From the IMG/VR virus record IMGVR_UViG_3300031949_001696: DNA of 64,000 nt; one strand, given 5' to 3'. This DNA comes from a virus (Duplodnaviria; Caudoviricetes). The notes below the pieces were generated by a model. It was not told the origin of the DNA. It was given only the letters and a program-made list of their open reading frames with translations, and did not search any database. The position numbers were made by a program, and so were the translations under genes. How positions within the stretch are numbered: position 1 is the first letter of the stretch; the number at the start of each line of letters is the position of its first letter. Positions 1 through 10,463 of this stretch are shown one piece after another.

Positions 1-175
1 CACGTATCGCCACGACCTCTCGAGTTTCCGGTAGGGCACCAGAGAAGACCTAGGTGTCACCCCTCGCCGCCGCCGACTTATGTCGTTTTCGCTCGCTAGG
101 TCGCTAGGTCGCTAGGTTGCTAGGCTGAGCGGCGGGAAGGACTCTTCGTAAGGCTTCGTGGCCGAGGGCCGGAGG

Positions 176-691
176 TCAGAGCTTAACGAGCCAAGATCCG
201 TCGCTGAACCGCCACTGGGGCTTCCCGAGCAGCTCCTCGACTGCTCGCTCAACACCCGGGCAGTCACCTCCGTAGTCGTGACCCCCGAGGAACTTTCCCG
301 GCTTCACGAGCGGTTGGCAGGCTTTGATGTCTTGCACCACAGCCTCGTAGGAATGATCTCCGTCGATGTAGCAGAGATCGAATGTTCGATCGGCGACGGC
401 CGACAATGCCGACGGGCTGAAGCCCTCGATCATCTCAAGATGCGGATAGTGACTGCATCGCGCCAAGAATTCGCGGCGAATTGTGAAGTCAGGCCACGGA
501 TCAACCGCGGTGACTCGTGCGCAGTGCAGAAGCCAAACCTCGGTCGAAACTCCGCGATAGCACCCGATTTCGAGCACTGACATCGGCCGCACGACCTTGA
601 TGAGTTCAAACAGATCGGGTAGGCGTGCGGCCCCCCACTGCTCTGTTAGCAGTTCAGCGATGCGCGCCCCCTTGAACATCGAAAACAGCAT
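176..691 (-). CDS. Class I SAM-dependent methyltransferase (Methyltransf_24-like)
   Basis: Motifs VLEIGCYRGVST, FDLCYIDGDHSYE and GGHDY. Confidence 0.85.
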   Translation of the reverse strand: MLFSMFKGARIAELLTEQWGAARLPDLFELIKVVRPMSVLEIGCYRGVSTEVWLLHCARVTAVDPWPDFTIRREFLARCSHYPHLEMIEGFSPSALSAVADRTFDLCYIDGDHSYEAVVQDIKACQPLVKPGKFLGGHDYGGDCPGVERAVEELLGKPQWRFSDGSWLVKL

Positions 692-884
692 GCGTGCGTC
701 TCCTCGTATCTTTGTAGGTGTTGTACGTCCTAAGCCCCCTAAGTAGCCAAGCAGCGCTTGACTCCCTCTGTGCTATCAACTTGTTGACTGATCGGTGGAT
801 CACGCAGCGTGAGCATCACCATCTTAGATCTTAGATCTCTTCGCCATTGCACGCGCTTGTACCGCTGGCATATGAAGCTCGTCA

Positions 885-3800
885 ATGCGGAGCGAATTGT
901 GTGGCGAGCTGGAACCGCGCAGCAAGCGCGAAGCCATGGTTGCCGTCGTGACCGGATACGCGCAGATACCGGACTTTCCGCGAAGCCCTGAGGAGTACGA
1001 GTGCCTCGGCTTAAAGCTCAGCGATCTCCGGGCCGCACCAGTGCAGGTGTTTCGATCGGCGCTGGAGGACTGCTGGCTCTATGAACACGTCCGCGATCGT
1101 CACGTCGATCACGCTGTCGCCGACAATCCGAAGAAAAACTCGCTTGCCTACCATGTCGTTCAACACCAGAAGACTGCGTGGCTTGTCTCCGCATTGGCGA
1201 CCAATCCACTGGCGGATATTTTGGTGTGGATTGATTACGGGATCTTCCACGTACCTGGGGTCACCGCGGACGTGATCGACGATTTTTTGCGTCGTATCGT
1301 CGCGCGGCACGAGATTGCGATCCCAGGTTGCTACGCTTCCGCCTGCGCGTCGATCGACTGGCCCGATTGGCGCTTTTGCGGAGGGTTGTTCGTCGTGCCG
1401 CGCGAACTCGTGTGCCCCTTCCACGAGGCTGTGCGAGAGGTGACATTGGAACGTCTGGCGACAACGGGGCGCGTGACGTGGGAAGTGAACGACTGGGCAG
1501 AGGTCGAGCATCGGAAGCTCGTGCCAATCCGTTGGTACAAGGCCGACCATAACGCGACACTGTTCACAAACTACGAAGCCGAAAAGCCTCAGGAGGAGCA
1601 AACTATGACAGAAGCCATGTCACAGGAGCAGGTTCATGGAGAGGAGCCTTCGCCCGAGTCTCGTTTCGTATCGCCGAAGTTCCAGCTTTTTCGCCCGGCG
1701 TTCTCCCCTGGATCTTGCTACCTCCTCCGTGACGCCGCCGAGGAAGCCTACTTCGCGCGCCGCGGCGGCGCCCCCGAGGCTGCCTTGATCGCGTGGGCGA
1801 CGCAGTTCATCGCGCATGACGAGACCTTCGTCGACGTTGGCGCGCATGTCGGTACGTGGGCGCAACACTTCGCGCTGAAGTGCAAGCAGGTCCACGCGTT
1901 CGAGCCACAGCGATCGACGTACGATCGCCTGCTCGAAGGTGTCCGACTGGCCAAGCTCGGCAACGTAACTTGCCACGACGTGGCGCTCGGCGGTCAGGGC
2001 GAGGTCGATCTGCATGTCGTCTCGGCGGACGGCGTCGGCTCGACGCTGCGCCACCGGCAAGAGCTGGGCGCCGTGCTCGGCGTCGAGCGCGTCCGCTGCG
2101 CTCAGCTCGACGACTTCGATTTCGACAACCTCGGCGTCATCAAGATCGACGCGGAGGGCTTCGAGATCGATATCTTATACGGCGCGACAAAGACCTTGGA
2201 GAAGCACCGGCCGACGCTCCTTCTGGAGGCGTGGAACCACGAGTGGTACGCGCGCGAGCGCGCCGAGCTGATCACGCACGTCGTCGACCTCGGCTACGGC
2301 GTGGTGCCTGTTCAGGGCTGGCCGCAAATGTTTCTCGTGGAACCGAAAGTGAAGAGACGATCTTCCACGCTCGATCGTGGGCGCATCGTCGTGCCCAACG
2401 GAGGTGAGACACGGGTCGTCACCAAGAAGCCGACAGTGCCCTTAGATGTCGCATCGCTCGTGCAAGCACTTCGGACGACCGCGTCTCTCTCGCCCGAGCG
2501 GTCGTTGCTCGGCCTGGTGATGATCGTCAAGAACGAAGTGAAGCGCCTCGCAGCGGTGCTCGCGTCGTACCGACCCTATATCGACGCATGGACGATCCTT
2601 GACACTGGATCGACCGACGGCACCCAAGATCTGATCAAGCGCGAGCTGGCCGGCATTCCGGGCACCCTGCACGAGGAGCCCTTCGTCGACTTCGCGACGA
2701 GCAGAAACCGCGCGCTTGAGCTGCACGGCACGGCCACGATGTTCTCGATCATGCCCAACGGCGACGTGCTCGAAGGCGGTGCTGAGTTGGTCAGCTTCCT
2801 AGAGGCGCACCGTCGAGATCTCGCCGGCGCGTACCGTGTCCGCATCGCGCCTGGCCACTACTACCATCCGCTCGTCATGCGCACAGGCTTCGGGTGGCGC
2901 TACAAGTGGCGGACGCACGAGTGTGCGATGGGGCCCAACACGGGACCAGCGATCCCGGGGGTTACCGTGTTCCGTGATCGCGGCACGCGCACCGACGAAG
3001 AATGGCGCGTGCGCTGGATGCGTGATCTCGATCTGTTGAACCGCGATCGTACGGACGATCCCAAGGACCCCAGGCCCTATTTCTACTTGGGTCAGACGCA
3101 CGAATGTCTGGGAGAGCCCGCGCAGGCGCTCGAGATGTTCGAGCAGCGCGCGAAGATGGGTGGCTATTTCGACGAGGTGTACGAGGCGAAGTTTCGAATC
3201 GGCAAGATGATGCAGTTGCTCGATCGGCCCTGGGCCGAGATCCAGCAGGCATATCTGGAGGCGTTCGCTCACGATCCGCGACGTGCCGAGCCGCTCTACG
3301 CGATCTCCCAGCACTGGTACGACAAGGGGGTCCACGCGATCTCCCGCCTCTTTGCAGTCGCCGCGGCGGAGATGCCGAAGCCGCCGACGGACCTCTTCCT
3401 TGACGAGGACGTCTACACTTGGAAAGCGGCAGATCGCGCGGCGATCTCGTCGTTCTATTCAGGGCACAAGAAGGAAGGCCGCGACTTCGCCGAGCAGGCG
3501 GTGAGTTTTCATCCCCACGACGAGCGTCTGCGCTCGAATCGCGCGTTCTACTCGCCGAGCGCGGGCGAGCTGTTCGGCGCGACGGCGCACGCGATCGACT
3601 TCGCGCCCGAGCCGGGTTGGAACGCGAGCAATCCGTCGATTTACTTCGACGGCGATCGCACGCGCTGCATCGTCCGCACCGTGAACTACAAGCTCGTGAA
3701 CGGATCCTACGTCACGCCTCCCGGAGACATGGTCCGCGACGAGGGACCCTGGAAGGGATGGCAGATCATCCGAACGCGCAATTTCCTGCTCGACCTCGAC

Positions 3801-4529
3801 GCTGATTTCAAGACGACGCGCTCCGTCGAGATCGTGGACAAGACGGGTGACGAGCGGACGGGCTACCCGATCCACGGCTTCGAGGACGCCCGGCTCTTCG
3901 CGTGGAAAGGATCGTGGTGGGCGACCGCGACGGTCTGCGACTTCACCGAGGACGGCCGCCGCGAGATCGCGCTGCTCCAGCTTGACGACGACGGTGCGGT
4001 GGTCCGCGCACAAGCCCTGCGCGGTCCGTGGAGTCCGCACGCGCAGAAGAACTGGATGCCGCTCGTCGATGGGGATCAAGCCAAGTTCATCTATGCGACG
4101 AGCCTCGACGGTGACGTTGGATCAACGGTGATCTTCGATCTTGTTGAAGCTGAGGATCGCGAGGCACGCCCGTGCTACGTGATCCCGCCGCCTCCGACCG
4201 GCGCGGACTATGGCCATGGTCGTTTGCGCGGTGGCTCGCAGGCCGCGCGCGTCGAGGGTGGCTGGATCTTCGTCGTCCACGACGTGGCCTTTCCGGGCTC
4301 GGGGCGGATGTACCTTCATCGGTTCGTCTTCATCGATGATCAATGCCAGCTGGTATCGATGACCGATCCGTTCTACTTCGAGAAGCTGGGTATCGAGTTC
4401 TGTGCGGGTTTGGCGCTCGTGGACGGAAAGCTCGTCGCGAGCTACGCGGTCAACGATGGCTCGGCTCGCTTGGGGATCTTCGAGTGGTCGCGCATTCGAC
4501 GCGCGTTGCGCAAGGATTTCGTGATCTGA
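885..4529 (+). CDS. Multidomain glycan-modification protein: HtrL/WlaTC-like domain + FkbM methyltransferase + GT2-like glycosyltransferase/TPR + C-terminal glycosidase-like beta-propeller
   Basis: WIDYG and FCGGLF; FVDVGAHVG, AFEP, IKIDAEGFE; MIVKNE and LDTGSTDGT; TPR-like YFYLGQT; NPSI, FEDARLF, KNWMP, IEFCAGL. Start may be 937. Confidence 0.75.
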   Translation: MRSELCGELEPRSKREAMVAVVTGYAQIPDFPRSPEEYECLGLKLSDLRAAPVQVFRSALEDCWLYEHVRDRHVDHAVADNPKKNSLAYHVVQHQKTAWLVSALATNPLADILVWIDYGIFHVPGVTADVIDDFLRRIVARHEIAIPGCYASACASIDWPDWRFCGGLFVVPRELVCPFHEAVREVTLERLATTGRVTWEVNDWAEVEHRKLVPIRWYKADHNATLFTNYEAEKPQEEQTMTEAMSQEQVHGEEPSPESRFVSPKFQLFRPAFSPGSCYLLRDAAEEAYFARRGGAPEAALIAWATQFIAHDETFVDVGAHVGTWAQHFALKCKQVHAFEPQRSTYDRLLEGVRLAKLGNVTCHDVALGGQGEVDLHVVSADGVGSTLRHRQELGAVLGVERVRCAQLDDFDFDNLGVIKIDAEGFEIDILYGATKTLEKHRPTLLLEAWNHEWYARERAELITHVVDLGYGVVPVQGWPQMFLVEPKVKRRSSTLDRGRIVVPNGGETRVVTKKPTVPLDVASLVQALRTTASLSPERSLLGLVMIVKNEVKRLAAVLASYRPYIDAWTILDTGSTDGTQDLIKRELAGIPGTLHEEPFVDFATSRNRALELHGTATMFSIMPNGDVLEGGAELVSFLEAHRRDLAGAYRVRIAPGHYYHPLVMRTGFGWRYKWRTHECAMGPNTGPAIPGVTVFRDRGTRTDEEWRVRWMRDLDLLNRDRTDDPKDPRPYFYLGQTHECLGEPAQALEMFEQRAKMGGYFDEVYEAKFRIGKMMQLLDRPWAEIQQAYLEAFAHDPRRAEPLYAISQHWYDKGVHAISRLFAVAAAEMPKPPTDLFLDEDVYTWKAADRAAISSFYSGHKKEGRDFAEQAVSFHPHDERLRSNRAFYSPSAGELFGATAHAIDFAPEPGWNASNPSIYFDGDRTRCIVRTVNYKLVNGSYVTPPGDMVRDEGPWKGWQIIRTRNFLLDLDADFKTTRSVEIVDKTGDERTGYPIHGFEDARLFAWKGSWWATATVCDFTEDGRREIALLQLDDDGAVVRAQALRGPWSPHAQKNWMPLVDGDQAKFIYATSLDGDVGSTVIFDLVEAEDREARPCYVIPPPPTGADYGHGRLRGGSQAARVEGGWIFVVHDVAFPGSGRMYLHRFVFIDDQCQLVSMTDPFYFEKLGIEFCAGLALVDGKLVASYAVNDGSARLGIFEWSRIRRALRKDFVI

Positions 4530-4582
4530 GCGCAGCCTGGCCGGCCTTGGCGGCTCCGCGGCGTACATGCGATAACGATGTC

Positions 4583-5116
4583 ATGATCCAGGCAGCCGCG
4601 GCGACGACTCCTCTGGCGCAGATCTTGGCGCAGTGTCGCGCTGAACCGATCGTCTTCGACGGCGTACGGCCCGAGCTCTGCGCGCAGCTGGCAGAGATCA
4701 TCTTGCATCGAATGCAGAACGATCGTGGGCGCAGGACCGGATCGCTCAACGTCGGCGGGTGGAAGTCAGGGGAGGACTTCTTCTCGTGGTCTGACGCGGC
4801 GGTGCAGGAACTCCGGCAAGCGATCGTCGAGATGATCGGTGCGCGATCGCTGGTCGCCTGGGCCATGGTGAACCGCGCGGGGAGCCACCATCCGAGGCAC
4901 CAGCACCGAGTCGCGATCCTCACCGGGATCTACTACGTGGATGCCGGCAGCGAAGATGCGATCACGCCGACCGTCTTTGAGTGCCCGGGCGGCGAGCTGG
5001 AAATCGAGCCGCATCCCGGCCGGCTCGCGTTCTTTCGTGGTGAGATGTGGCACCGTGTACCGATCTACCGGGGCGATCTGCCGCGGATCACGATTGCCTT
5101 CGACGTAAGGCGCTAG
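4583..5116 (+). CDS. 2OG-Fe(II) oxygenase-like protein, paralogue 1
   Basis: HxH (HPRHQH), GIYYV, distal WHRV and RITIAFD. Confidence 0.7.
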   Translation: MIQAAAATTPLAQILAQCRAEPIVFDGVRPELCAQLAEIILHRMQNDRGRRTGSLNVGGWKSGEDFFSWSDAAVQELRQAIVEMIGARSLVAWAMVNRAGSHHPRHQHRVAILTGIYYVDAGSEDAITPTVFECPGGELEIEPHPGRLAFFRGEMWHRVPIYRGDLPRITIAFDVRR

Positions 5117-5181
5117 AGATATTCGTCGAGGGCATCGCTCCTGGCTGCTTCGTCGATTCGTCGATCGGATAGACTGTCGCG

Positions 5182-5739
5182 ATGGAGGCACCCGCGGCTA
5201 ATCCCATGATGCAGATCGCGGCGCAGTGTCGCTCCGAGCCGGTCGTCTTCGACGACCTTCGCCCCGAGCTCTGCCCTGCACTTGAGCAGGTTATTCTCGA
5301 TCGGATGCAGAACGATCGTGGTCGCAAGATCGGATCGCTCAACGTCGGCGGCTGGAAATCGGGTGAAGATTTCTTCGCGTGGCCCAACGTCGCGGTGCAG
5401 GAGCTGCGGCAATCGATCTTCGAGCTGGTTGGCGCGAGGTCGCCGATTGCGTGGGCCATGGTGAACCGTGCGGGCAGCCATCACCCTCGGCACCAGCACC
5501 GAGTCGCGATCCTCTCGGGCGTGTACTACGTGACGGCCGGCAGTGCCGACGCGATCACGCCGACCGTCTTCGAGTGCCCGTGTGACGGGCGCCCAGTGCG
5601 TGGACGCGATAGCTACGAGCTGGAGGTCGAGCCTCACCCTGGGCGTCTCGTGCTCTGCCGCGGCGAGACGTGGCACCGGCTTCCCGCCTATTTCGGTGAG
5701 CTGCCGCGGATCACGATCGCGTTCGACGTGCGACGCTGA
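5182..5739 (+). CDS. 2OG-Fe(II) oxygenase-like protein, paralogue 2 (tandem duplicate)
   Basis: Highly similar to 4583-5116, same motifs. Confidence 0.7.
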   Translation: MEAPAANPMMQIAAQCRSEPVVFDDLRPELCPALEQVILDRMQNDRGRKIGSLNVGGWKSGEDFFAWPNVAVQELRQSIFELVGARSPIAWAMVNRAGSHHPRHQHRVAILSGVYYVTAGSADAITPTVFECPCDGRPVRGRDSYELEVEPHPGRLVLCRGETWHRLPAYFGELPRITIAFDVRR

Positions 5740-5940
5740 AGAGGCGATCAGTCCCATTTCCCGATGAGTTGATTGATGCGCGCGTGGACCCAGCGCGCGC
5801 CGGCATCACCGCTCGGCAGAAAACCCGTTCGCTACGAGCCGAAGGTTCAAACGCATCTCGGCATCTCGGCATCTCGGCGTCTCGGCAATTGTGGCCGGCT
5901 CGGGATCGAGGCTGCGGTAACACGTAGGATCGCCGCTTTT

Positions 5941-5969
5941 TTGACCTGCTACGTGGAAGTGCCTAACGT
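5941..5969 (+). promoter_or_regulatory. Sigma70-type promoter, leaderless
   Basis: TTGACC-17 bp-TAACGT, ATG 6 nt downstream. Confidence 0.65.
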
Positions 5970-5975
5970 AGCTCA

Positions 5976-6944
5976 ATGGCCGACAGCACCAAGAGGCTCC
6001 CGGGCTGCGGTGAAGGGGCAAGCGGTGAGCGGGGGAAACGAGGACCTCGCGGTCATCGCGGTCCTGACGGCAACGACGGACAAGCTGGCGCGACCGGCCC
6101 CACGGGACCCACGGCTCCGACGAGTGATGACGCGGCGATCTTCGTCAGCGGATCTCCTGACGGTGTAGTCACGGGTCCGGTCGGACAAGTAGCTACGGAT
6201 GATGTGACCGGTGTGCGTTGGCAGAACACCAACGGCGGTACCGCGTGGGAAGTCCTCTCGATTCCACAACGTTGGGGAACCCGCTATTTCGACGATGCGC
6301 TCGGCTTTAATAGTTCGTGGGGACCGCAAACATCCGTCGGTGGAGGCGGATCGGTGGGTGAAGGGGTTGTCGTTAACAATAGCCCCGGCAACTTCGTCTA
6401 CACGGTTTCGACAGCTGGCACAGCCTTCGCCATATCTCGAACCGCAGGCTCGGCTGGTTTGGCTGGTCTGATATTTGGTGGCGGCGTGGTTCGTATGGAG
6501 CTTTCGTTCCGCATGGAAGCGCTCTCGAATGGCGTGGACAACGCCGTCGCGAGAATTGGCGCCCATGACTCGAACGCTTTCGCGGAGCCTACCGACGGCG
6601 TGTACTTCGAGTACGACTTCGCCGAGCACGGAGATCACAACTGGCGGCTTGTCGCTGCAAATGCCGGTGTCCGAACCAAAACCGACACCGGCATCGCAGC
6701 GACCGCAAGCGCGACAGTCTTTACTCGGTTCCGACTCGACGTCAATGCCGACGGTACTGTACTCACCGGATCGATCGATGGAGTGCCGGCAGCAGCTCCA
6801 GTTGTCACCAACATCCCGGTTACGGCAGCACAAGCCTGCGGGCCATTGTGGGTGCAATGGACCAAGCAGCTCGGAGCTGGACCGATGGTTGCGTCACTCG
6901 ATTGGGAACTGTTTTGGCAAATCCTTACAGTCCCTAGGAACTGA
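5976..6944 (+). CDS. Short collagen-like (Gly-X-Y) fibre/adhesin with beta-rich C-terminal domain
   Basis: GERGKRGPRGHRG and GPTGPT repeats; N-terminus related to 56835 and 57951. Confidence 0.6.
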   Translation: MADSTKRLPGCGEGASGERGKRGPRGHRGPDGNDGQAGATGPTGPTAPTSDDAAIFVSGSPDGVVTGPVGQVATDDVTGVRWQNTNGGTAWEVLSIPQRWGTRYFDDALGFNSSWGPQTSVGGGGSVGEGVVVNNSPGNFVYTVSTAGTAFAISRTAGSAGLAGLIFGGGVVRMELSFRMEALSNGVDNAVARIGAHDSNAFAEPTDGVYFEYDFAEHGDHNWRLVAANAGVRTKTDTGIAATASATVFTRFRLDVNADGTVLTGSIDGVPAAAPVVTNIPVTAAQACGPLWVQWTKQLGAGPMVASLDWELFWQILTVPRN

Positions 6945-6988
6945 GCGGTCGTGCTCGTTGCGCTCCCATCGCGAGCAAGCGCGACTGC

Positions 6989-7393
6989 TTAATTCTTGAT
7001 GAGTGCTCGAACCAGGCTCTCGCCCAAGATGTAGAGCGCCAGCGCGCGGTGATTGCCGTCGGTGATAGCGTAGCTCCGAAACGGCGTGCGCTTGATCTCG
7101 ATGCCCTTCTCATCGAGCGCGTAGATCCCGTCGCGGCCTTTGTCGATGAGCCATTGGATCGCCTCGCGTTGAGCGAGCCAGCCCTCATGTGAGGGGACGT
7201 CCTTGCCCTCATACGCGCGTTTGACCCTGCTCGCCAGGTGGACGAAGGGTAGGTTCAGGAGCGTAGGAAAACCGAAGACCGCACGGAATCCCCACCGTCG
7301 ATCCCGATGGCAGCCGATTTCGTGGTGGTTCAGGACCAGGCGCGTGAAGGGCACCTTGATCACCTTCGGCATCGTCGATGTATAGCTGATCAT
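6989..7393 (-). CDS. ParB/Srx-like N-terminal domain protein
   Basis: YAITDGNHRALA motif. Confidence 0.5.
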   Translation of the reverse strand: MISYTSTMPKVIKVPFTRLVLNHHEIGCHRDRRWGFRAVFGFPTLLNLPFVHLASRVKRAYEGKDVPSHEGWLAQREAIQWLIDKGRDGIYALDEKGIEIKRTPFRSYAITDGNHRALALYILGESLVRALIKN

Positions 7394-7493
7394 CGCGTGG
7401 GCACGCGTCGGTGCGGAGCGTGGAGATCTCCTGTTGCAGCCGCGGTCCGTTGAGTGCTTCTCTTTGGCGTAGCGCCTGCGGTAAAAACGCGAC

Positions 7494-7862
7494 GTGCATG
7501 AATCTACGGAGTTTCATCCCATGATCGTCGATAAGCCCTGGGGCCACGAGCTGATCTGGGCCAAGACTGATCGCTACGTCGGCAAGATCCTCCACGTGCG
7601 CGCAGGCGAAGCGCTCTCGCTCCAGTACCACCGCGTGAAGGACGAGACGATCATGGTGCTCTCCGGTCGGCTCAAATTCGAGTTTTTCGCCGAAGGTGAG
7701 TCGCCGGCCGTTCGCGAGTTGGGACCGCGCGAGCCGTTTCACGTCACGCCCGGCCTGCGCCATCGGATGATCGCGATCGAGGACACCGACGTGTTGGAGG
7801 TGTCGACGACCGAATTGGACGACGTTGTCCGGCTCGCAGATCGTTACGGCCGGATTTCCTGA
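7494..7862 (+). CDS. Cupin (mannose-6-phosphate isomerase-like)
   Basis: KPWG, LSLQYH, KDET, HRMIA, EVST. Confidence 0.8.
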   Translation: MHESTEFHPMIVDKPWGHELIWAKTDRYVGKILHVRAGEALSLQYHRVKDETIMVLSGRLKFEFFAEGESPAVRELGPREPFHVTPGLRHRMIAIEDTDVLEVSTTELDDVVRLADRYGRIS

Positions 7863-7917
7863 TCGCAGGAGATCTCGTCCAGGCATCTGCGATCGACGCG
7901 GTGTTAATATCGCGCCA

Positions 7918-8199
7918 ATGGCTCTCACCCTTCCCGCCGACGCCGGCGAGCCGATGTCGGACGTGCTTGTGGCCGCGGCCAAGGTGCAGCGTCACGAGTT
8001 CCCTACGCTCACGCGGCAGGTGTCGCTTCGCAACACGGGAACGAACACCTTGTGGCTCTCGCTCGACAAGAAGAAATGGTTCGACGTCGCGTGCGGCACG
8101 TCGTGGGACGATCGTGTGAGCGTCCGCGAGCTGTGGTACTGCACGCAGCTCGGCAAGACGCGTTTCGCATTGCTCGGCATCGCGCTCATCGGTCCGTGA
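7918..8199 (+). CDS. Hypothetical beta-rich protein
   Basis: Operon-like spacing, plausible composition. Confidence 0.45.
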   Translation: MALTLPADAGEPMSDVLVAAAKVQRHEFPTLTRQVSLRNTGTNTLWLSLDKKKWFDVACGTSWDDRVSVRELWYCTQLGKTRFALLGIALIGP

Positions 8200-8211
8200 G
8201 GAGACGAAGCC

Positions 8212-8688
8212 GTGCCTTATACTCACTATCCCAAGAATTCCGATAACTTAGTGTTCGCGTGGGTGCTGCCCGCGCCACCCGACGTTTCCGGCGATCACGA
8301 AGGGCCCGACTTCCTCGGACGCCCATTCTCGGAGATGAACCGCCTCAAGGAGGCGATCGCTCCCGGTGAGCTGGTTGTCGGCTACCACGACGCGCAGCCC
8401 TTCACTCGTTTCTACGGGACGTTCGCGTGCGACCAGGCACTCGAGATCACGATCTCGTTTTCGAATGAAGACGTCGCCTCCGACGGGCACGTGGTCAACG
8501 ATGACAACATCGACAAGCTGCATTACGACGGTGAGGCCCTGCGGCAAATCTACGACCCGAAGAAGCAGGGTCCGACAGGCAAGTTTTTCGTGACGATCTA
8601 CGGCCGCTTTTTGCGTGTCGAGATCAAGAACACTGGCGACGCGCCGACGAAGGAGTTGCGCGCATACGTGCGCGGCAGCGTCTTCTAG
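8212..8688 (+). CDS. Hypothetical protein
   Basis: GAGGAG RBS before GTG; operon context. Confidence 0.55.
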   Translation: MPYTHYPKNSDNLVFAWVLPAPPDVSGDHEGPDFLGRPFSEMNRLKEAIAPGELVVGYHDAQPFTRFYGTFACDQALEITISFSNEDVASDGHVVNDDNIDKLHYDGEALRQIYDPKKQGPTGKFFVTIYGRFLRVEIKNTGDAPTKELRAYVRGSVF

Positions 8689-8690
8689 CA

Positions 8691-8912
8691 ATGACCAAGC
8701 ACGAGATCAGGACGACCGTCGGAGGCAGCGTGTGGACCCATTCGGTGGGCGTGGGACAGCGCGTGTTCGCCGGTACGACGCTTCTCATCTGTGAGGTGAT
8801 GAAGTGCGAATTTCCGATCGAGACATTCGTCGATGGAATCGTCAGCTGGCTTCGGCCGTGCGGCGAGACCGTCGAGGCTGACGATGTCGTCGCGATCCTT
8901 GAAGTCGCGTGA
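8691..8912 (+). CDS. Stand-alone biotinyl/lipoyl carrier domain
   Basis: EVMKCE resembles the EAMKM biotinylation motif; G-x-V-x-x-D pattern. Confidence 0.6.
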   Translation: MTKHEIRTTVGGSVWTHSVGVGQRVFAGTTLLICEVMKCEFPIETFVDGIVSWLRPCGETVEADDVVAILEVA

Positions 8913-8958
8913 TCCGACGATAAGCATTCATGCGCCGATTCGTTCGCGCGCGTTCTCA

Positions 8959-9606
8959 CTAACCGACGATGGGCCGACACTTCAGGACCGCGGAAGCGGC
9001 CACTGGGCGGATCCGTCGCGCGGGGTCTTCATGGTCCTGGTAGCTACGGATAGTGCCCTCGCGCCGCAACTCCTCCCGCGCTTGGCTCAGGAGCTTCGAG
9101 CACAGTGCTTGCACGCGTCGGGTCTTGGGACCAAGGTTGTGAACCGCGTGTAAGGACCCAGCACCGAACTGACCCCCACTCCCCTGGAGACGGGTCCAGT
9201 AGCGCTGACCGTCGTGATCGACAAGAAACTCGAAGCCGATGATCTCGTTCTTCGTGGAGGCGGCGGTTGCGATCGTCGAGTGCCCCGACCTCTTACTCTT
9301 CTTGCTGTTCAGCGCTTCGGCGATCTCACGATCTAGTTGAGCGGATGACTTTTTCGCCGTCTTCTTCTGTGTCGAGTAGTCGACACGCGTTCCTTTGACC
9401 CGCGCTGTCTCGAGCCAGCGCGGATGCGACCAGTTCCCGGCGGCTTCAGGCAGCGCGCGGTTCCGAATATACGCGTTGATGGTGTCGTTCCACGCTTGGC
9501 GCCGTCTCGGCTTGTCGGGAAAGCCGACCCTCTCGTGCTCGGCTATGCGCGGGAGAATTTCCGCGCGGAACATCTCCTCGAACTGGCTCTTGGTCATCTT
9601 CGACAT
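8959..9606 (-). CDS. Two-domain hypothetical protein with internal [11 protein letters not shown] tag
   Basis: ATG at 9606; [15 protein letters not shown] followed by GHST. Confidence 0.6.
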   Translation of the reverse strand: MSKMTKSQFEEMFRAEILPRIAEHERVGFPDKPRRRQAWNDTINAYIRNRALPEAAGNWSHPRWLETARVKGTRVDYSTQKKTAKKSSAQLDREIAEALNSKKSKRSGHSTIATAASTKNEIIGFEFLVDHDGQRYWTRLQGSGGQFGAGSLHAVHNLGPKTRRVQALCSKLLSQAREELRREGTIRSYQDHEDPARRIRPVAASAVLKCRPIVG

Positions 9607-9760
9607 GGATTCTTCCGATACTACTTCGCGAGTGCGTGCTCGCGCCAGAATGCGGCACGCGCGGCGGGATCTTTGCAGCTCGGATCGCCGGGCTCCTACG
9701 GAGCCGCCGGGCCGCCAAACGCGATATAGAGGCGTCGCAGCATTCGCATTTCTCCTCGTG

Positions 9761-10351
9761 CTACGCGCCGCCGTGCATGGCCCTCGTCGACCAGTAGAGG
9801 ATCGCCTCCGCGAACTGCGCGGCGGTGTACTCCGCCTTGGTGCCGCCTGGCAGCGCCAGGAAGTTTCTGGCCATCGCCATCGGTGACATCGGCTCGGGCT
9901 CGGCGCTCGTGCGCGCGTTGATGCTGACGATCTCGTAGGCGGTGTCAGCATCCGGGGTCTCGCCCTCTTCGACGAGAAGCGCACGGCTGTAGAGGATGAT
10001 GTCGACGGCGACGGCCTCGGTTTTGCGACCGATCGCTTGGACCTCGACGAACGCCGCTTCACCGGGCCGCCGCGCCGCGAACCGAGCGCGCAGGGGCGTC
10101 GTTTCGGTCAGCACGGTGACCCCGCTGTAGAATCGGAAGCCGGCGAAGCCCAGCGGGATGCTCAGCACCACCACACCCGGCTTGTAACCGTCCTTGGCGA
10201 TCGCATCGAGCTTGGCCGGCTCTTCCATGCACTTCTCGACGTGGACTTCGAGGGTGCGCCAGTCGGCGGTTTTGCCGATCGGATCGGCGAGGAAGCTGAA
10301 GGGTGACTCGGCGGTCTGCCGCTTCACGAACGCGTTGCACTTGATTCTCAT
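9761..10351 (-). CDS. Hypothetical protein, DUF3228-like
   Basis: F-V-x-R-Q start and C-terminal PMSPMAMARNFL..GGT; family assignment from memory. Confidence 0.5.
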   Translation of the reverse strand: MRIKCNAFVKRQTAESPFSFLADPIGKTADWRTLEVHVEKCMEEPAKLDAIAKDGYKPGVVVLSIPLGFAGFRFYSGVTVLTETTPLRARFAARRPGEAAFVEVQAIGRKTEAVAVDIILYSRALLVEEGETPDADTAYEIVSINARTSAEPEPMSPMAMARNFLALPGGTKAEYTAAQFAEAILYWSTRAMHGGA

Positions 10352-10463
10352 GGACTCGTCTTGTTCCTTTGGTAGTTGTTTAATGGAGTCGAACGCGCCC
10401 GGGTATGCCCCCGGGCAGGCTCCACGAGCGGGATCGATCCCTCGTGGTTCTTGGGGGCCATCG

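Noticed and set aside
94-125. Short tandem repeats (CGCTAGGT here; GCATCTCG near 5854-5885; ACGA near 22672-22697)
   Set aside because: Real but short slippage-type repeats with no evidence of function.
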